A stretch of 64,000 nt of DNA from the human T2T-CHM13v2.0 reference genome, Homo sapiens. Positions within the stretch are counted from its first letter, which is position 1; each line of letters begins with the position of its first letter. Position numbers and translations under genes: made by a program. The notes under the pieces are model-generated. The model saw only the letters and a list, made by a program, of their open reading frames with translations, had not been told where the DNA came from and ran no database searches. The stretch lies in NCBI RefSeq assembly GCF_009914755.1, contig NC_060931.1; one strand, written 5' to 3'. This document shows, in pieces, positions 1 to 13,261 of the stretch.

Positions 1-19
1 CACACCCAAACCTTTGAAT

Positions 20-160
20 TCCCTCCAGCCCTGGGGATCTCCTGAAAGGGCATATTCTGATTGGGGACTGGGCTGGGGTTCAAGATTCTGCATCTCTCAG
101 CAGCTCCCAGGGATGCTGGGCTGCTGATCCAGAGACCACGCTTTGACCAGTAAGACTAGG
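20..160. mobile_element. MER5-type hAT DNA transposon fragment
   Basis: attctgatt...ggctggggttcaagattctgcat...ctcccagggatgctg...gaccacgctttga pattern. Confidence 0.6.
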
Positions 161-1191
161 GAGCATGTCAAGGACTCCAGTACCTATCCACATTTTTTAA
201 AGTAGGTAAATTGGCTTTTATATACCTATGCTTATAGTTGAATATTTTGTTTGAATATTGACTATTATGCTTGAATATTGATTATTTGAATATTACGCTT
301 GAATATTGATGGGAAAAAAGCTGCCAACTTATAGGTGCTCAACAAGCATTTGTTAAGGTATAGTTTTGACCTTGGAGTTTCATTTCAGTCCCCGTTGTCC
401 CCAGCTTGGCTATGTGAAGGGCACCCTGACCCTGGACTAAAGAGAGACAGCCCTGCCTTCTGATTCTTAATGGCATTTGGTCTCATGCACTTCCAAGGAT
501 TGTGCCTGGTGACACCCCCCAAAAAAGTATTTGAATTCTCCAAAGACAGACTATAGACCACACCGTTTGTCCCCTAAGTTATTAACCAATCATGTGAATA
601 TAAACCAACAAATTTCTGATACTTCTGATTCTCTCTTAATTGGGATGATATTTGAATAAATAACTTCCAGTGTACATTCAGTGAAATAGGTTCCTAAGTA
701 TTGGGCTTACAATACACATTCACAGAATTCCCCGGGTCTTAAACTTTTATATTCCAATCAATCCTAACCTTTTTTTTTAAGCTACACTTTAATATCAGTT
801 TATTGCTTCTTATTAAAATTAATAATAATAATAATAATAAAATTTACTCTTTGATCTTACTGTTACATAATATGCTCACTGAATAATAAGTAGAGGATAC
901 AGATAAGCAACAAAGATAATAAAGGTTTTTGAAATCCACCAGAGATACTATTTCCTGCCAATGTCTACATCTATGTAAATATATATTTGTTGTATCTTTA
1001 AATTTTAAATTTTTCAGTATTTTATTGCCATATTCTTACAAAAGTCATTTAAATATTACATCTTCATTGTACACAAATTAGACAATAAAGATTTAAGAAA
1101 ACATTTGTTGAGCATCTGTACCTGACCTAGTAGAGATTTCCAAGGCCATATGCTGGTGCATATCTTCTCAGCATTTAAGATATCTAAAACC

Positions 1192-1546
<355 letters not shown>

Positions 1547-2279
1547 CTAAGAGGCTTAGCATAATTTCTCTCCTGGGTAGATAGCTCTTTGCTTAGGGAA
1601 AAAAAAAATACCTATATAGATTATTTCGAAAGAAAAAGCCTTCAGAGCATAGTCTGAAAAAGACAGGAATAAAATAAAAAGCTATTATATCATTTATATT
1701 TAAGTTAAATATACAAATATATATACATGGAGCCCAGAGGGGTCAGAGCAAGAGGCTAGAGCTTCATTGGGGTGTCAAGGTCAGTAAGAATGGCTGAAGA
1801 GCTTTAAGAACCCAGGTGTCTAACATATAATTTTGAGTGGATTTCTAGATGATACTTTAACGAAGCTGTCCCTCCTGGTCTTACCTCACCCTTATCTCTT
1901 AGTGTAGTAAAATCTGCAACACATGTAGATTTGAGAGTGGAACATATGGGGATAATGGTGATGTCTGTCATGGATACTGGTGGGCAGAAAAAGGACAGTC
2001 AATGAAGGGGTAAGACACAGAGCAGCGTGCAACTCTAGCCAAAGCAGGAAGCAGTTCCCAAGGGGGCATACCCCACACCAGCCTCCAACACCCAGAAGTA
2101 GCTAGAGAACCATTAAAATTTTTTACCTATTGAAATAAACACTATGCAGATTCAAGAGATTCATGCAGTTCTACTTAAATCTGGTTAAAGTAACACTAGA
2201 ATCTTATTATTTGGCAACTCAAAGGCTGGTTTTTTTTCTTTCTTAGCAATTTGTTCTGAACATATTTCTAGATCACCAA

Positions 2280-2480
2280 ATAACCTTTAACAAAATCATT
2301 TTTAATGGCTGCGTAGCAATTCATTGGATGGATGCACTGTAACTAATTTAACTACCTTCTATGGTTAGATGTTTAAGTTCATTCTTTTTTTTTTCCATGT
2401 TAGAAACAACTCTGCAATGAACATCCTTGTAGCTAAATCTTTGCAAATGTTCAACTATTTCCTTAGATTAAATTTCAGAT
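2280..2480 (-). mobile_element. Old L1 (L1ME-like) fragment
   Basis: tttttaatggctgcgtag...caatgaacatccttgtagctaaatctttgc...tttccttagatta. Confidence 0.6.
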
Positions 2481-3279
2481 ATCTATTTTACACATTTGCA
2501 CTCATATTAAGATGGATAGCCAGTGTAACTTTACCTACTTTGCACTGTTTGGGGAACCTCTTTCCTCTCCTCTTATGCCATGAGATCATGTGATTTTTGT
2601 CCTGTTTTATTTTGTTTTCAGGAAATATCCCTTCATATTTTGTATCTCCCTTTGGAACATTCTGTTTTAGATAGCCATTACTGGTTGATTAAACAACCTT
2701 TGTTGAGAGTAATATTAGAAACAGACAGTTGTACATTGTAGAAACAATTGTTTAGAACTATTCACAATATTATTTTGAATTCCTCTTCAAACATTGGAGA
2801 GGCACTGATACTGTTTTCCTATTATCTTAGTTTCACTGATTCACTGACTAGTCTATAACCAGAGATGCCTGTTTACCTCATATCTATCAGAGGGCTAATG
2901 AATGTGACATTTGCCTCATTAACCTATTATTCATCCTACAAAACCTACTGTTTCTTGAGAGTCTGCTGTATACCAGGCCTATTAAGGAGGTTTTGCCTGT
3001 ATTGGTTTTCAGAGGACAAAAAGGAGACTTCCCTAGTTGTACAGAACTAAACAGTCTTGTGTCATGATATTGTCATCATGAATATTTACACATATGTGGG
3101 TGCCATTGGAATAGAAAACCAGAAGCCAAACTGGACATGTAGTGACAGGGACTTAATCTTTTTCAGCCTGGTATTCTGAGTACTTAGGATGGAACTTTGC
3201 CTGGTATATAACAACCATTCAGTAAAATTGTTGAACTGAATTTAACTGGCTTCTTCCTGTTCCTTGACTCTGCCATGTT

Positions 3280-3640
3280 CATTCTCACCTTAGAATGGCT
3301 TTGCATGTCTGGTGTTCTCTGCCTGGGGTCTTCTTCCCCACAAGATCTTTCCATTCTTGCGTTTTCTTGTCCTTCAGGTGTTGGCTCCAGTGTCGCCCCT
3401 CTAAGAAGGTCTTCTTCAGCTGACCATCCTCACTCAGGCCCTCTTCATCCACATCCCCCATATGACCCTCTGCTGTCTGACATCATCATCCTCAGTGATA
3501 TGCTTGCTGGCTTATGTCCTGCTTCTGCTCAGTAGATGAGTGAGGTTCCTGTGTCTCTTATTCACAGCTTTGAGCCTATGGTCCAGAATGGTTCTTGGGA
3601 CATAGTCAGAAATATTTCTTGATTGAATAAATGACCTAAG
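3280..3640 (+). mobile_element. L2 3' fragment
   Basis: Pyrimidine-rich L2 body ending ...aaatatttcttgattgaataaatga. Confidence 0.55.
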
Positions 3641-3699
3641 TATAATGTAAAACAACCACTGTGGATGTTGAATTAAAGCCACACTAACAGTAACTCACA

Positions 3700-3890
3700 C
3701 TTGTCTAGCACTTTATAAAGTATTTCCATGCACATTATCTCATTAGGTTCTCACAACTCTGTGGAGTTATTATCTCCATTTTACAGACAGGCAAACCGAG
3801 TCTTGTGAAGGTTAATTAACTGGTTCAAGTTCCACCTAGTAAGAGAAGGAGCTGGGACTTGAACCAGGCTTGAAGTCTGACTGTAAACCA
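3700..3890 (-). mobile_element. MIR
   Basis: tattatctccattttacagacaggcaaaccgag...ggttaattaactggttcaag...gctgggacttgaacc core. Confidence 0.75.
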
Positions 3891-4283
3891 CATACTGGTG
3901 ACAAGAAATCATTTTGTCAGAACTATCTTTTAAAGAAAGCGAGACTCCTAGTACAGTATGTTTAGAAACAAAAATTTATGTACACATTGAACACAACTCC
4001 AAATTCTGAAAAACAACAAATTCTAGCAAGGTTCATCCCCCTCACTGATTATAGCATGGTAGTTTATCTGCATTAAATATGCTCTTTTGTGGCTAAAATG
4101 TAGTATATACCTAAGACAACCTCACAAACATAGCATTTATAGGATACAAAATGTTTGTGCAATTCAGTCTTTAGCCAATGGCAAAAGTAAAAGTAACAGT
4201 AATCAGTGAAAATAATATATATGTTAGAGGGCTTGAATGCACAATGGTTATCATCACTATACAACAATTAAAGAGTGCACAGA

Positions 4284-4587
4284 GGCTGGGCGTGGTAGCT
4301 CACAGCTGTAATCTTAGCACTTTGGGAGGCCGAGGCGGGTGGATCACCTGAGATCAGGGGTTCGAGACAAGCCTGACCAACATGGCGAAACCCCATCTCA
4401 ACTAAAAATACAAAAATTAGCCAAGCGTGGTGGCACATGCCTGTAATCCCAGCTACTTGGGACGCAGGAGAATCTCTTGAACCCAGGAGGCAGAGGCTGC
4501 TGTGAGCTGAGATCATGCCACTACACTCCAGCCTGGGCAACACAATGAGACTCCGTCTCAAAAAAAAAAAAAAAAAAAAAAAAAAAA
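4284..4587 (+). mobile_element. AluS (Sp/Sq/Sx-like)
   Basis: Alu dimer with ~28-nt polyA; imperfect TSD aaga(g/a)tgcacaga. Confidence 0.95.
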
Positions 4588-4721
4588 GAATGCACAGAGA
4601 GGAAAAGGAGTTTGAGAAAATGCAGTGCAAAGGACTGCTAATCTGCTTTCAAGGTGTGTGATATCCAAACCCGTCATCAAAATAAGAAGAAAGCCCATAC
4701 ATCTGTGGCCAATTGATTTTT

Positions 4722-5038
4722 TGGTAGAAGTTTTTATTTCATATTTCTCCATTTTTTGACTTGAAAGATACTAGAACTTATTTTTTGTTTTTTATTATTT
4801 ATTGACAAATTATAGTTGTATATATTTATGAGGTACAAAGTGATGTTATGTTTTTTTAATACAATGTGAAATGATTAGATCAGGCTAATTAACATATCCA
4901 TCACCTAATATTTGATATTTTCTATAATGAGAACATTTGAGATTTACTCTCTTAGCATGGGGAGGTGATAATCAAAGTACACAAAGCCTCAGTTAAAGAG
5001 AAGAAATAAATTTCATTTTTTTTTGTTGAGATCCATGT
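4722..5038 (-). mobile_element. Short L1MA 3' end with 5' inversion, nested in an older L1
   Basis: Antisense L1MA terminus at ~4780-4955 and sense-oriented L1MA 3'UTR piece at ~4956-5033; flanking direct repeat ccaattgattttt at 4709-4721 and 5039-5051. Confidence 0.7.
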
Positions 5039-6085
5039 CCAATTGATTTTTGACAAGGATGCCAAGAGCATTCAATGGGAGAAAGAATGAATAATCTCTC
5101 AATTACATAGTGCTGGGACAACTGGAGATCCTCATACAAAATAATGGAGTTGGGCTACCTCACACCATCTACATGAACTAACTCAAAATGGATCAACAAC
5201 CTAATATTGGAGTGAAGACTTAAAAGAAAACATTTCTTTGAAGAAAACAAATGGCAAGTCTTCATCACCTTGGATGTGGCAATGGATTCTTAAATATGAT
5301 GCCAAAAGCAAGAGCAAGAAAGAAACATAGAAAATTGAATTTGATCAAAATTAAAACTTTTGTACATCAAAGGATATTGTCAGAAAGTGAACAGAGAACC
5401 TACAAAATGGAGTAAGATACTTGAAAATCATATATCTGATAAGGCTGTTATATTTCAACAACCAAAAGACAATCTAATGAAAAAATAGGCAAGAAACTTC
5501 AATCGATATTTTTCCAAAGAAAATACACAAATGGCCAATAAGCACATGAAAACATGTCCAACATTATTAGTCATTAGGGAAATGCAATCAAAACCGCATT
5601 GATATTACCTCACACACCCTAGGATGGCTATAATTTTTTTTTAAAAAAAGGAAAATAAGTATTGGTGAGGATGTGGAGAAATCAGAACCTTCATACATTG
5701 CTGGTGGAAGTGTAAATTGGTGCAGCCTCTGTGGAAAACAGTCTAGCAGTCCCTTACAAATTTAAAAGTAGAATACCATATAACTCATAAATTCCATATC
5801 TAGGTGTATAACCCACATAATTGAAGACAGGTACTGAAACAACACTTGTATACAAATGTTCATAACAGAACTACCCATGGTAGCCAAAAGATAGAAACCT
5901 GCCAAATGTCCATCAACACATGCTTGGATAAACAAACGGTGGTATATACGTACAGTTGAATATTATTTGGCTGTAAAAAGAATGAAATTCCGATACGTGC
6001 TACAACATGCATGAACTTTGAATTGTATACTTTAAAATGGTTCATTTGATGTTATGGGAATTTCATCTCAAATTTAAAAATCTGG
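5039..6085 (+). mobile_element. L1MB-like ORF2 end and 3' UTR (degraded; begins ~4680)
   Basis: ttgatttttgacaaggatgccaag...tgctgggacaactgg; aaatggccaataagcacatgaaaa; ends gaattgtatactttaaaatgg. Confidence 0.85.
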
Positions 6086-6810
6086 AAAGAAAGGAAAGAA
6101 GTGGCTCAGAAGCCACAGGAAGGGTATTAGTTGTAACTCCCCATCAGGTCAGATTCTCATGACTCAAATGGGTGCATCTCAGGTTACAGTGGCCTAAAAG
6201 CTATAGTGGTGTATGTGGGAGGGAGGGTAGACACGTGCCAACCAAATAGGATTAGGCTGCTCTGTGCAGGGTTGATTGAGCTCAGCCTGATCTGCATGGA
6301 CACCAGGGCTTTTATTTCGAAGGTGGATTGGCTCTATTTGTTGTTGCTATCTCTGCTTAGTGTTATTTGAAGGGCTCTTTCAGTTCCAGACTGTATAAAT
6401 AACAACAGAATCGTCTGTTGATAACTGAACCATCCCACTCTGAGAGTTCAGGGTATTTACCTCTAATTCCCAATACCCACAGCCAGGTTTCAGTGTGCAC
6501 ACAGCCTGACCTGGTGGATTTCTGCCATTAAACTATTTCATTTTCCCACATGCAAGAGTGTCATATGCATATATTGTGTCTGTGTTCTCATGTCAATTTA
6601 TACTGGGCATGTATCCACAACCATTCTCCTAACTACCGCTAAAGTAAACAATATTGTCACTGATACTGCATACATACGAGGTCGTTTTAAAACAGCCATT
6701 TATTTTTTCAGCGATTAATACCTGAATGCTGCCTAGGTTTTTCCTTATTTATTCCATTTCTATGATTTTCTCCACTTAATCCCCATCGCTTTCAATTTCA
6801 TTGAATTTCT

Positions 6811-7114
<304 letters not shown>

Positions 7115-7204
7115 CAATTTCATTGAATTTCTAACTGAAATAGAACTGAATCAGAGCAGAGGTCGTCTTGCCCATTTGGATGTATAAGCTGAGAAGTACT
7201 GAAG

Positions 7205-7387
7205 TTGGTCAACAGCAGATCACATATATGACAGCATAGCCTAGGTACATAGTAGGCTCTGCCATCTAGGTTTGTGTAAGTACACTAGGTTTGTGTCAGT
7301 ACATCTGATGATGTTCGCACAATGACAGAATCACCTAATGATGCATTTCTCAGAACGTATCTCTGTCATTAAGCAATACATGACTAT
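7205..7387 (+). mobile_element. Internally deleted Tigger3/MER7-type element
   Basis: ccatctaggtttgtgtaagtacac...atgcatttctcagaacgtat...aagcaatacatgact; homologous to 56870-57260. Confidence 0.75.
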
Positions 7388-7449
7388 GTGTGTGTGTGTG
7401 TATATACACACAGGCACACATCTGTCATCATAGGTTCTACTCTTCTGTG

Positions 7450-7760
7450 TTTACAAACAACCTCAATGTCTCAGTGCCTTACATGGCAATAAAGATTTAT
7501 TTCTCACATGCTTTTCATGGGTTGGCTGCATCTCTTTTTTGTGTTATCATCATTCCAGGACCTAGGCCAAAGGAGCAGCCCTTATCTGAGACGTGCTGGC
7601 CTCAGGAAAGAGGAGGGGGTGAGAGAGAGATGGCAGGGGGGTGAGAGAGATGGCAGAGGTGTGAGACAAAGGCTCTCCCTGCTCCCACTCAGTATTGACT
7701 AATGTTCCCTCCACTCACATTTTATTACCCAAAGCAGGTCATATGGTCAAGCCTAATAAG
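7450..7760 (-). mobile_element. MLT1-type LTR fragment
   Basis: acaaacaacctcaatgtctcagtgccttaca...aagatttatttctca; aaagcaggtcatatggtcaagcct. Confidence 0.55.
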
Positions 7761-8147
7761 AACTAGACAAGAACTTGTTAGAACAAGAATTCAGGAAAAG
7801 GCAGGAAATACTTGAGGAAGTGTCTACCATTATATTATGGTTCCCACATAAGGCTTCTCTAAGTTTTGCTTTATCTAAGATACTCACCCATGGTTTTGCT
7901 TATAGAGCAACTTTCCAAGCTTCCAGTAGTTTAGAATTGTGAAAGAAATTACCATTATAAATTTTATTTATGCTGATGGAAAAAGTAATATAGTCTTTGA
8001 AACTTGAGTCCCTGTAACAAACAAATAAATGGATTAACAGTGTAAATATTGGAAGTCTATATATGCATACCTTTTTTATATTTCAGAATAAAAAATTCTA
8101 TTTAACCCTTTGTAACTAACACCGGAAAATCCTATTTCCCACTCATT

Positions 8148-8671
8148 TCAGTTATCTATGGCTGCATAACAAATTACCCCAAAATGTAGTGACTTTAAAC
8201 ACCAAGAAGCATTTGCCGATGATTCTGCACGTTGGCCAGGGCTTTCAGAGATGGCTCATCTCTGTTCCACATGGTTTTGTCTGGGGCATTTCATCTGGGC
8301 CCAAGGAATATCAATGACCTCACTCACCTACTTGGCACCTGAGCTATTGTAGCTGAAATGGCTGGAGGCTGGCTGGGCCTGCCTCCCTTCAGAGTCTGTC
8401 ATCCTCAGTGCCTCATTCTCTCTCTCCACGTGACTTCTGTTTCCAGCAGCAGTTCAACTTCTCTACAAAATGACTCAAGGCCTCTGCAGGCCTAAGCTCT
8501 GAAGTTTTATAACATCTTTTCTGCCATATCTTTTTGGCTAATGCCAATCACAGGACTGGTCCAGATTCAAAGACAAAGAAACTAGATTCCACCTCTCAAT
8601 GGGAGGAGTGGCTTGCATATCCAGAGATGAGAGGAATTTTTAGTAGCCATCTATGCAGACAACTTACCACA
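8148..8671 (-). mobile_element. MLT1 (MaLR) solo LTR
   Basis: gttatctatggctgcataacaaattaccccaaaatgtagtgactttaaac...ccagattcaa...actagattccacctct. Confidence 0.75.
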
Positions 8672-9861
8672 CTACTCTTGGACAGTTTGCCCACCCTCAA
8701 CCTTGAACCAAATAGGATATATGGTACCAGATCTGCCTCATACATTTTGGGGGTTGTTAGTTTCTAGCAGGCATTCGATGGTTTGGATACCTTTGAAGAC
8801 ACTTTAGGAGGATTACAAGAAAGGGGAAGAATCTTGAATAGAAGAAAAGAGAGGTTTATTCTGGATCTGAAGCCTAGAGATCTGAGCAGAATGAAGAGAT
8901 AGAGACAGAGGCTACGCAAAATTCTCTCCCATTTTAGTCTGTTGGTCCCAGCTGGTATGTTTGGTTAGTCATTCTCCTCCACGCTTTCTTCTGGAACAGA
9001 AAGTTAGTGTCAATTCTGGAGAAATCCCACCAGTACATGTAAGTAGACTAGTGTGGAGCCCAGACCCACAGAATAAGTAAGAGTCCCAGCTAGATTCTTA
9101 TTGGGAACACTGAGAACCCTACCTCCTAGCCAGACTTAAGGGAACAAATACCCCAAACAGGCCTATCTCATCCCAAACTCATGTCTCCTGTTAATGGAGG
9201 GAGTCTCTGAACTCAGTTAATACATTTTCATTGCCAGACTCTGGGAAATCATGAAATGAATTCATCTGGCCACCAAAAATGTGTTGGTACATGTAGATTT
9301 TTTATTACCATGATTTGCATAAATTATGCAAAATCCAGCTCTGTATTATGTCCTTAAAGCATAATAGTACTCTTAATCAGCTGTAGCCAATTAAGCAGTA
9401 AATGATTAGCATAATAAATCCTGCACTGTTGTGAGAGCCGTCAGTAAAACTGGTCTGCAAAAGGACCTTTTTTTCTTTTTTAAGTTTAGATGTTTAACCC
9501 ATTATTGTTTTTGTTGCCATTTGTAATCACTGCTATAATCAACTCAGGTTTGCTTTTTGTTGGGGGTTCTTGTTTTTTTTTCTTGTTAAATATTTACTGT
9601 TACCAAACAGTAAATATTTATTGAGTCCCAAGGAGCTAGAGTAAATTTGATGAAATTCTATAGCATTTTCTAACAAATTAAATAAATCGATCATCAAATG
9701 GGTGAGATCAGATTCAGTTTAGTCATCATGGTAGTACCAAAGGCAAAGAAATTTAGGTCTCCAATTACGGAATTCCAAGCTTGCAAGGGCCCCCGAGATT
9801 CTTGCCTTACTGTGGAGCCGGAAGTGGCTACTCGTGCAGCTCTCTTGAAAGGCGAACATCT

Positions 9862-10034
9862 AGCTCAATGGTTCTCAGCCTTGGAGGCACATGAGCATCA
9901 TCTGGGAGCTTCTAAAAACCCTGATGCCAAGGCTATACCCCAGACCAATTACATCAGAAACTCTGGGTAGGGAACAGAAACAATAGTAGTTTTTACAGCT
10001 GTCCAGGTGATTTCAGTGTACACCCAAGTGTTGA
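9862..10034. mobile_element. MER5A, interrupted near its end by an L1 stub
   Basis: caatggttctcagcctt...ccccagaccaattacatcagaaactctggg...ccaggtgattt. Confidence 0.7.
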
Positions 10035-10188
10035 TAAAAGACTACACATTAGTGTACACTGCTCGGGTTACAGGTGCACCAAAATCTCAGAAGTCACCAC
10101 TAAAGTATTTATCCATGTAACTAAACACCACCTGTTCTCCAGAAAACTATTGAAATTTAAAAAACAAACAAAAGAACAGCAAAAAAGA
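10035..10188 (+). mobile_element. L1PB-like 3' terminal stub
   Basis: gtgtacactgctcggg...caccaaaatctcagaagtcaccactaaag...ctattgaaat followed by an A-rich tail. Confidence 0.8.
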
Positions 10189-10299
10189 ATCACCTTTTTA
10201 GACTAACTCCTGCCAAGATAGAGCAGTAGGGACCTAAGATTGCCCTGCCTTAGGTCCCTACTATATGCCTTAGATCCCTATGTGTATCTATATCTCAAA

Positions 10300-11740
10300 A
10301 GTGTTTCAGAAACTGGACATCAGACAACAAAACAGTGATCCCTGAGAGTCTGAAACAAATGAGGTTAGCTCTGCGATTGCCCCAGCTGACTGCCCTGAGA
10401 GAATGTCCAGGCAGATGCAGGGAGGGAGAACTCAGGCAGGGCCCAGGGGACTTTCTGAGTTGCTGTGGGTCCAGCAGCTAGAGTTCACACGACCCGGTAA
10501 GGAAGATGAGAGAGCTGCCCAAAGAGAGAAATGGAGATCTGGGTTACTGTTAGGGGTCTCCCTGGAGTATTCAGCAGATATCAGTGCAGCAAATTCAGCC
10601 GTATTAGTGCATGCATGTAACAAAACTAGCGAGGCTAGGAAAAGAACCACACAAAGGATTAGAGGAAACAGTGTTGACATTCATACTGGGTCAGAAATAG
10701 TGGTTTTCTCCACCAGCTGGAGTGGAAAGTCTTATCATTCATGGGGCCTTGGGAGAGTACTCAGGATGCCTCCATCTCAGGAGTGGGCCACACTTAGCCC
10801 TATCTGAGCCCAGCTCCAGATCCGCCCGGCAGATCACAAAAGCAAGACACAAAAGGGTCAAACTGTTTCCAAGTAACTTTAACTGCATCCAAAAGCGAAG
10901 TTGAAGAACATTTATGGGAATACAAACATACCCAGCGCCTGGCAAGGTAAAATTCAGAATGTCAGTCAACTAATGAAAAATTACAGATGGGGGAAGAGGC
11001 AGAAAAACATCATCTATGAGGGGACTAGTCAATCCAGAACTAACAGAGATGCTACAATGAGCAGACAAGGGTGCTTAAATGGGCGTTATAACTGTATTGC
11101 TTATGGTCAAAAAGTTATGTTGAGACATGGACCATATAAAAAAAGATCCAAATCAAACCTTTAGAAATGAAAATTCTAACGCCTAAGATGTAAAGTACAC
11201 TGCATGTGACTCACAGCAGACTAGAAATTGCAGAAGAAAAGATTAGAGAGATTAAAGACAGAAATAGAAACTATCCAGGAATTTTTTTAAAAACAAAAAC
11301 ATCATCAGTGAGCTGTGGGACAACTTCAGACAGTCTGATATATGTCTAACTGGAGTCCCCACACAGATGAGAGAGAAAGGGAGGACACAAAAATATATGA
11401 AGAAATAATGGCCTCAAATTTTCTAAATTTGATGAAAGCTGTAAACCCAGAGATCCAAGAATCTTAGCAAGTCCCAGGCACTAAAATCTATACCCAGCAC
11501 ATCATAATCAGGTACCTCAAAACCAGTGGTAGGAGGGAGGGGTTTCAAAGGAGCACAAGGACAGTTTTTGGTGAGAGGGATATGTTAATTTTCTTGAATG
11601 TGGTGGTAGTTTTCCAGGTATATAGATAACATGATATGTGATATGAGTGACAAGTGAAAACATTTCAAGTTGTGCACTTAAAATATGTGCTGTTTATTGT
11701 ATGTCAGTCATAACCCCAATAAAACTGATCTATTAACAAA
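10300..11740 (+). mobile_element. L1MC/MD-like relic: 5' region/ORF1 joined to a 3' end
   Basis: ORF1-like gcagaagaaaagattagagag, gagctgtgggacaacttca, gaagaaataatggcctcaaattttctaaatttgatgaa; 3' end gtgcacttaaaatatgtgc...caataaaac. Confidence 0.75.
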
Positions 11741-11747
11741 CAGTAAC

Positions 11748-11910
11748 AACCCTGGGTGCATATTAGAATCACTGGGAGAACTTTGCAAAAAAATAGAAAT
11801 TTCCGTCTTCAAAGGTTCTGGTTTAGATAGTCTGGGATGAGGCCCAAGCATCCGTATTTTTAAGAGCTTGGCAATTCTATTTGGCAAGTTTGTTTGAAAA
11901 TCACTGGAAA
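11748..11910. mobile_element. MER5-type
   Basis: gggtgcatattagaatcactgggaga...gtctgggatgaggcccaagcatccgtatttttaa. Confidence 0.6.
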
Positions 11911-12334
11911 AAGGAAACTGCAGAAACCTTCCCCATTTACATGAGCTGGTGGTTAATGACCTTTATTCTGACTAAGCAGTTTTATATTTCAGGGATATGG
12001 CCCTTTGAGGTACAGTGTTAATTTCCAAGTTCTGAGTTTTCTGTATCTAGTCTTTCCACTTATAGGTACGCAATACCTTATTTTATTAAAGAATGGGATT
12101 TTGATACCTCTTTCCTTATTTTTGAAACTTTCTGGGTTTTTTTTTTCTTTTAGAACATTAATAGCTTCTTGATATTCCCAGAACTTCACAACATCATGCT
12201 CAAAGTGGGTCCATTGATTTCTTAGTCGTTGGAAATGATCTTGACCTAGTCATCTGAAGACTTCTAAACTCCACTTGAAGAAACACACAGCAGCTTTCTC
12301 CTAATTCTTTCTTTAGTTTTTACTTTTAGTTTAT

Positions 12335-12835
12335 ACATCCCAGCATGTCACTTCCCTGCTTAAAGTCATTCTTCACCAGCTACCCCACCCCAAGCTTTTA
12401 GATGTGACCCAGTCTCCTAATACATCCTGTAAGATCCCGCCTCATAGATCACTACCCACTTCCCTTACTTTCTTCTTTCTAGCCATAATGAATTTTCATT
12501 TCTGTAATAGATCACCCTGTAACTCACCTCCAAGTCTTTGCAAATTCTATTCCCTTTGCCTGAAATATTCTCCTGGGCTTTTTCTCACTGTTTGGCTATC
12601 TCCTTCTCATCCTTAAGGTCTCAGAGGAGTCATCACTTGTTTTGGGGAGTTGGGGAAGGCTTTGTGCCCCAGAGCACACTATATCTCCCCCACCTTAGCA
12701 GTTATTGCTCTGTATTATAATTGTTTGTTAGCTTCTGTTATCCCCAACCAGACTGTAAACTCCTTGAGAACAGAAACCAGTCCTGGCATCCAGTACAGGG
12801 CATGGTCCATACTAAATGTGTGCGGAATTTAATTC
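12335..12835 (+). mobile_element. L2 fragment
   Basis: catgtcacttccctgcttaaa...gactgtaaactccttgagaacaga... Confidence 0.6.
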
Positions 12836-13261
12836 ACTGTAAAAAATGGTGCTACCTCGCCCTTCATCAAACCCAGCATTTCTGATTTACAAGTTACCAA
12901 GTCAGCTCATGGACATTACTGCTCAAATTCAGCCATAGGAGCTTCATACTGCAAGAGAGACTTGATAACTTTGCAGCATTAAGTTATTTGCCGGCAAGTT
13001 AAACTTAGCAGAATAAACCCAGAGTGAAGTGTTTCCTTATTATTTCACACAAGGGAAAAAGCAGAACAACTTAGGAATTGCAGGAAAAATGGGAGGCTCT
13101 AAATAATTAAGGTGTGTTGGAATTAAGGTGAGTGTCTGAAAAAAAATAATCTATGTGTCAGGAAACCTGGTTTGAAGCGGTAATAATGGAAAGCAAATCT
13201 GAAGTTGTCCTTAAATCAATAGAAATCATTCAGATTCTTATGGTGGGAGACTAATAAGTCA

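Noticed and set aside
10403-11164. Cluster of overlapping ORFs up to 134 aa
   Set aside because: Lies in a degraded L1 5' region; no recognisable protein.
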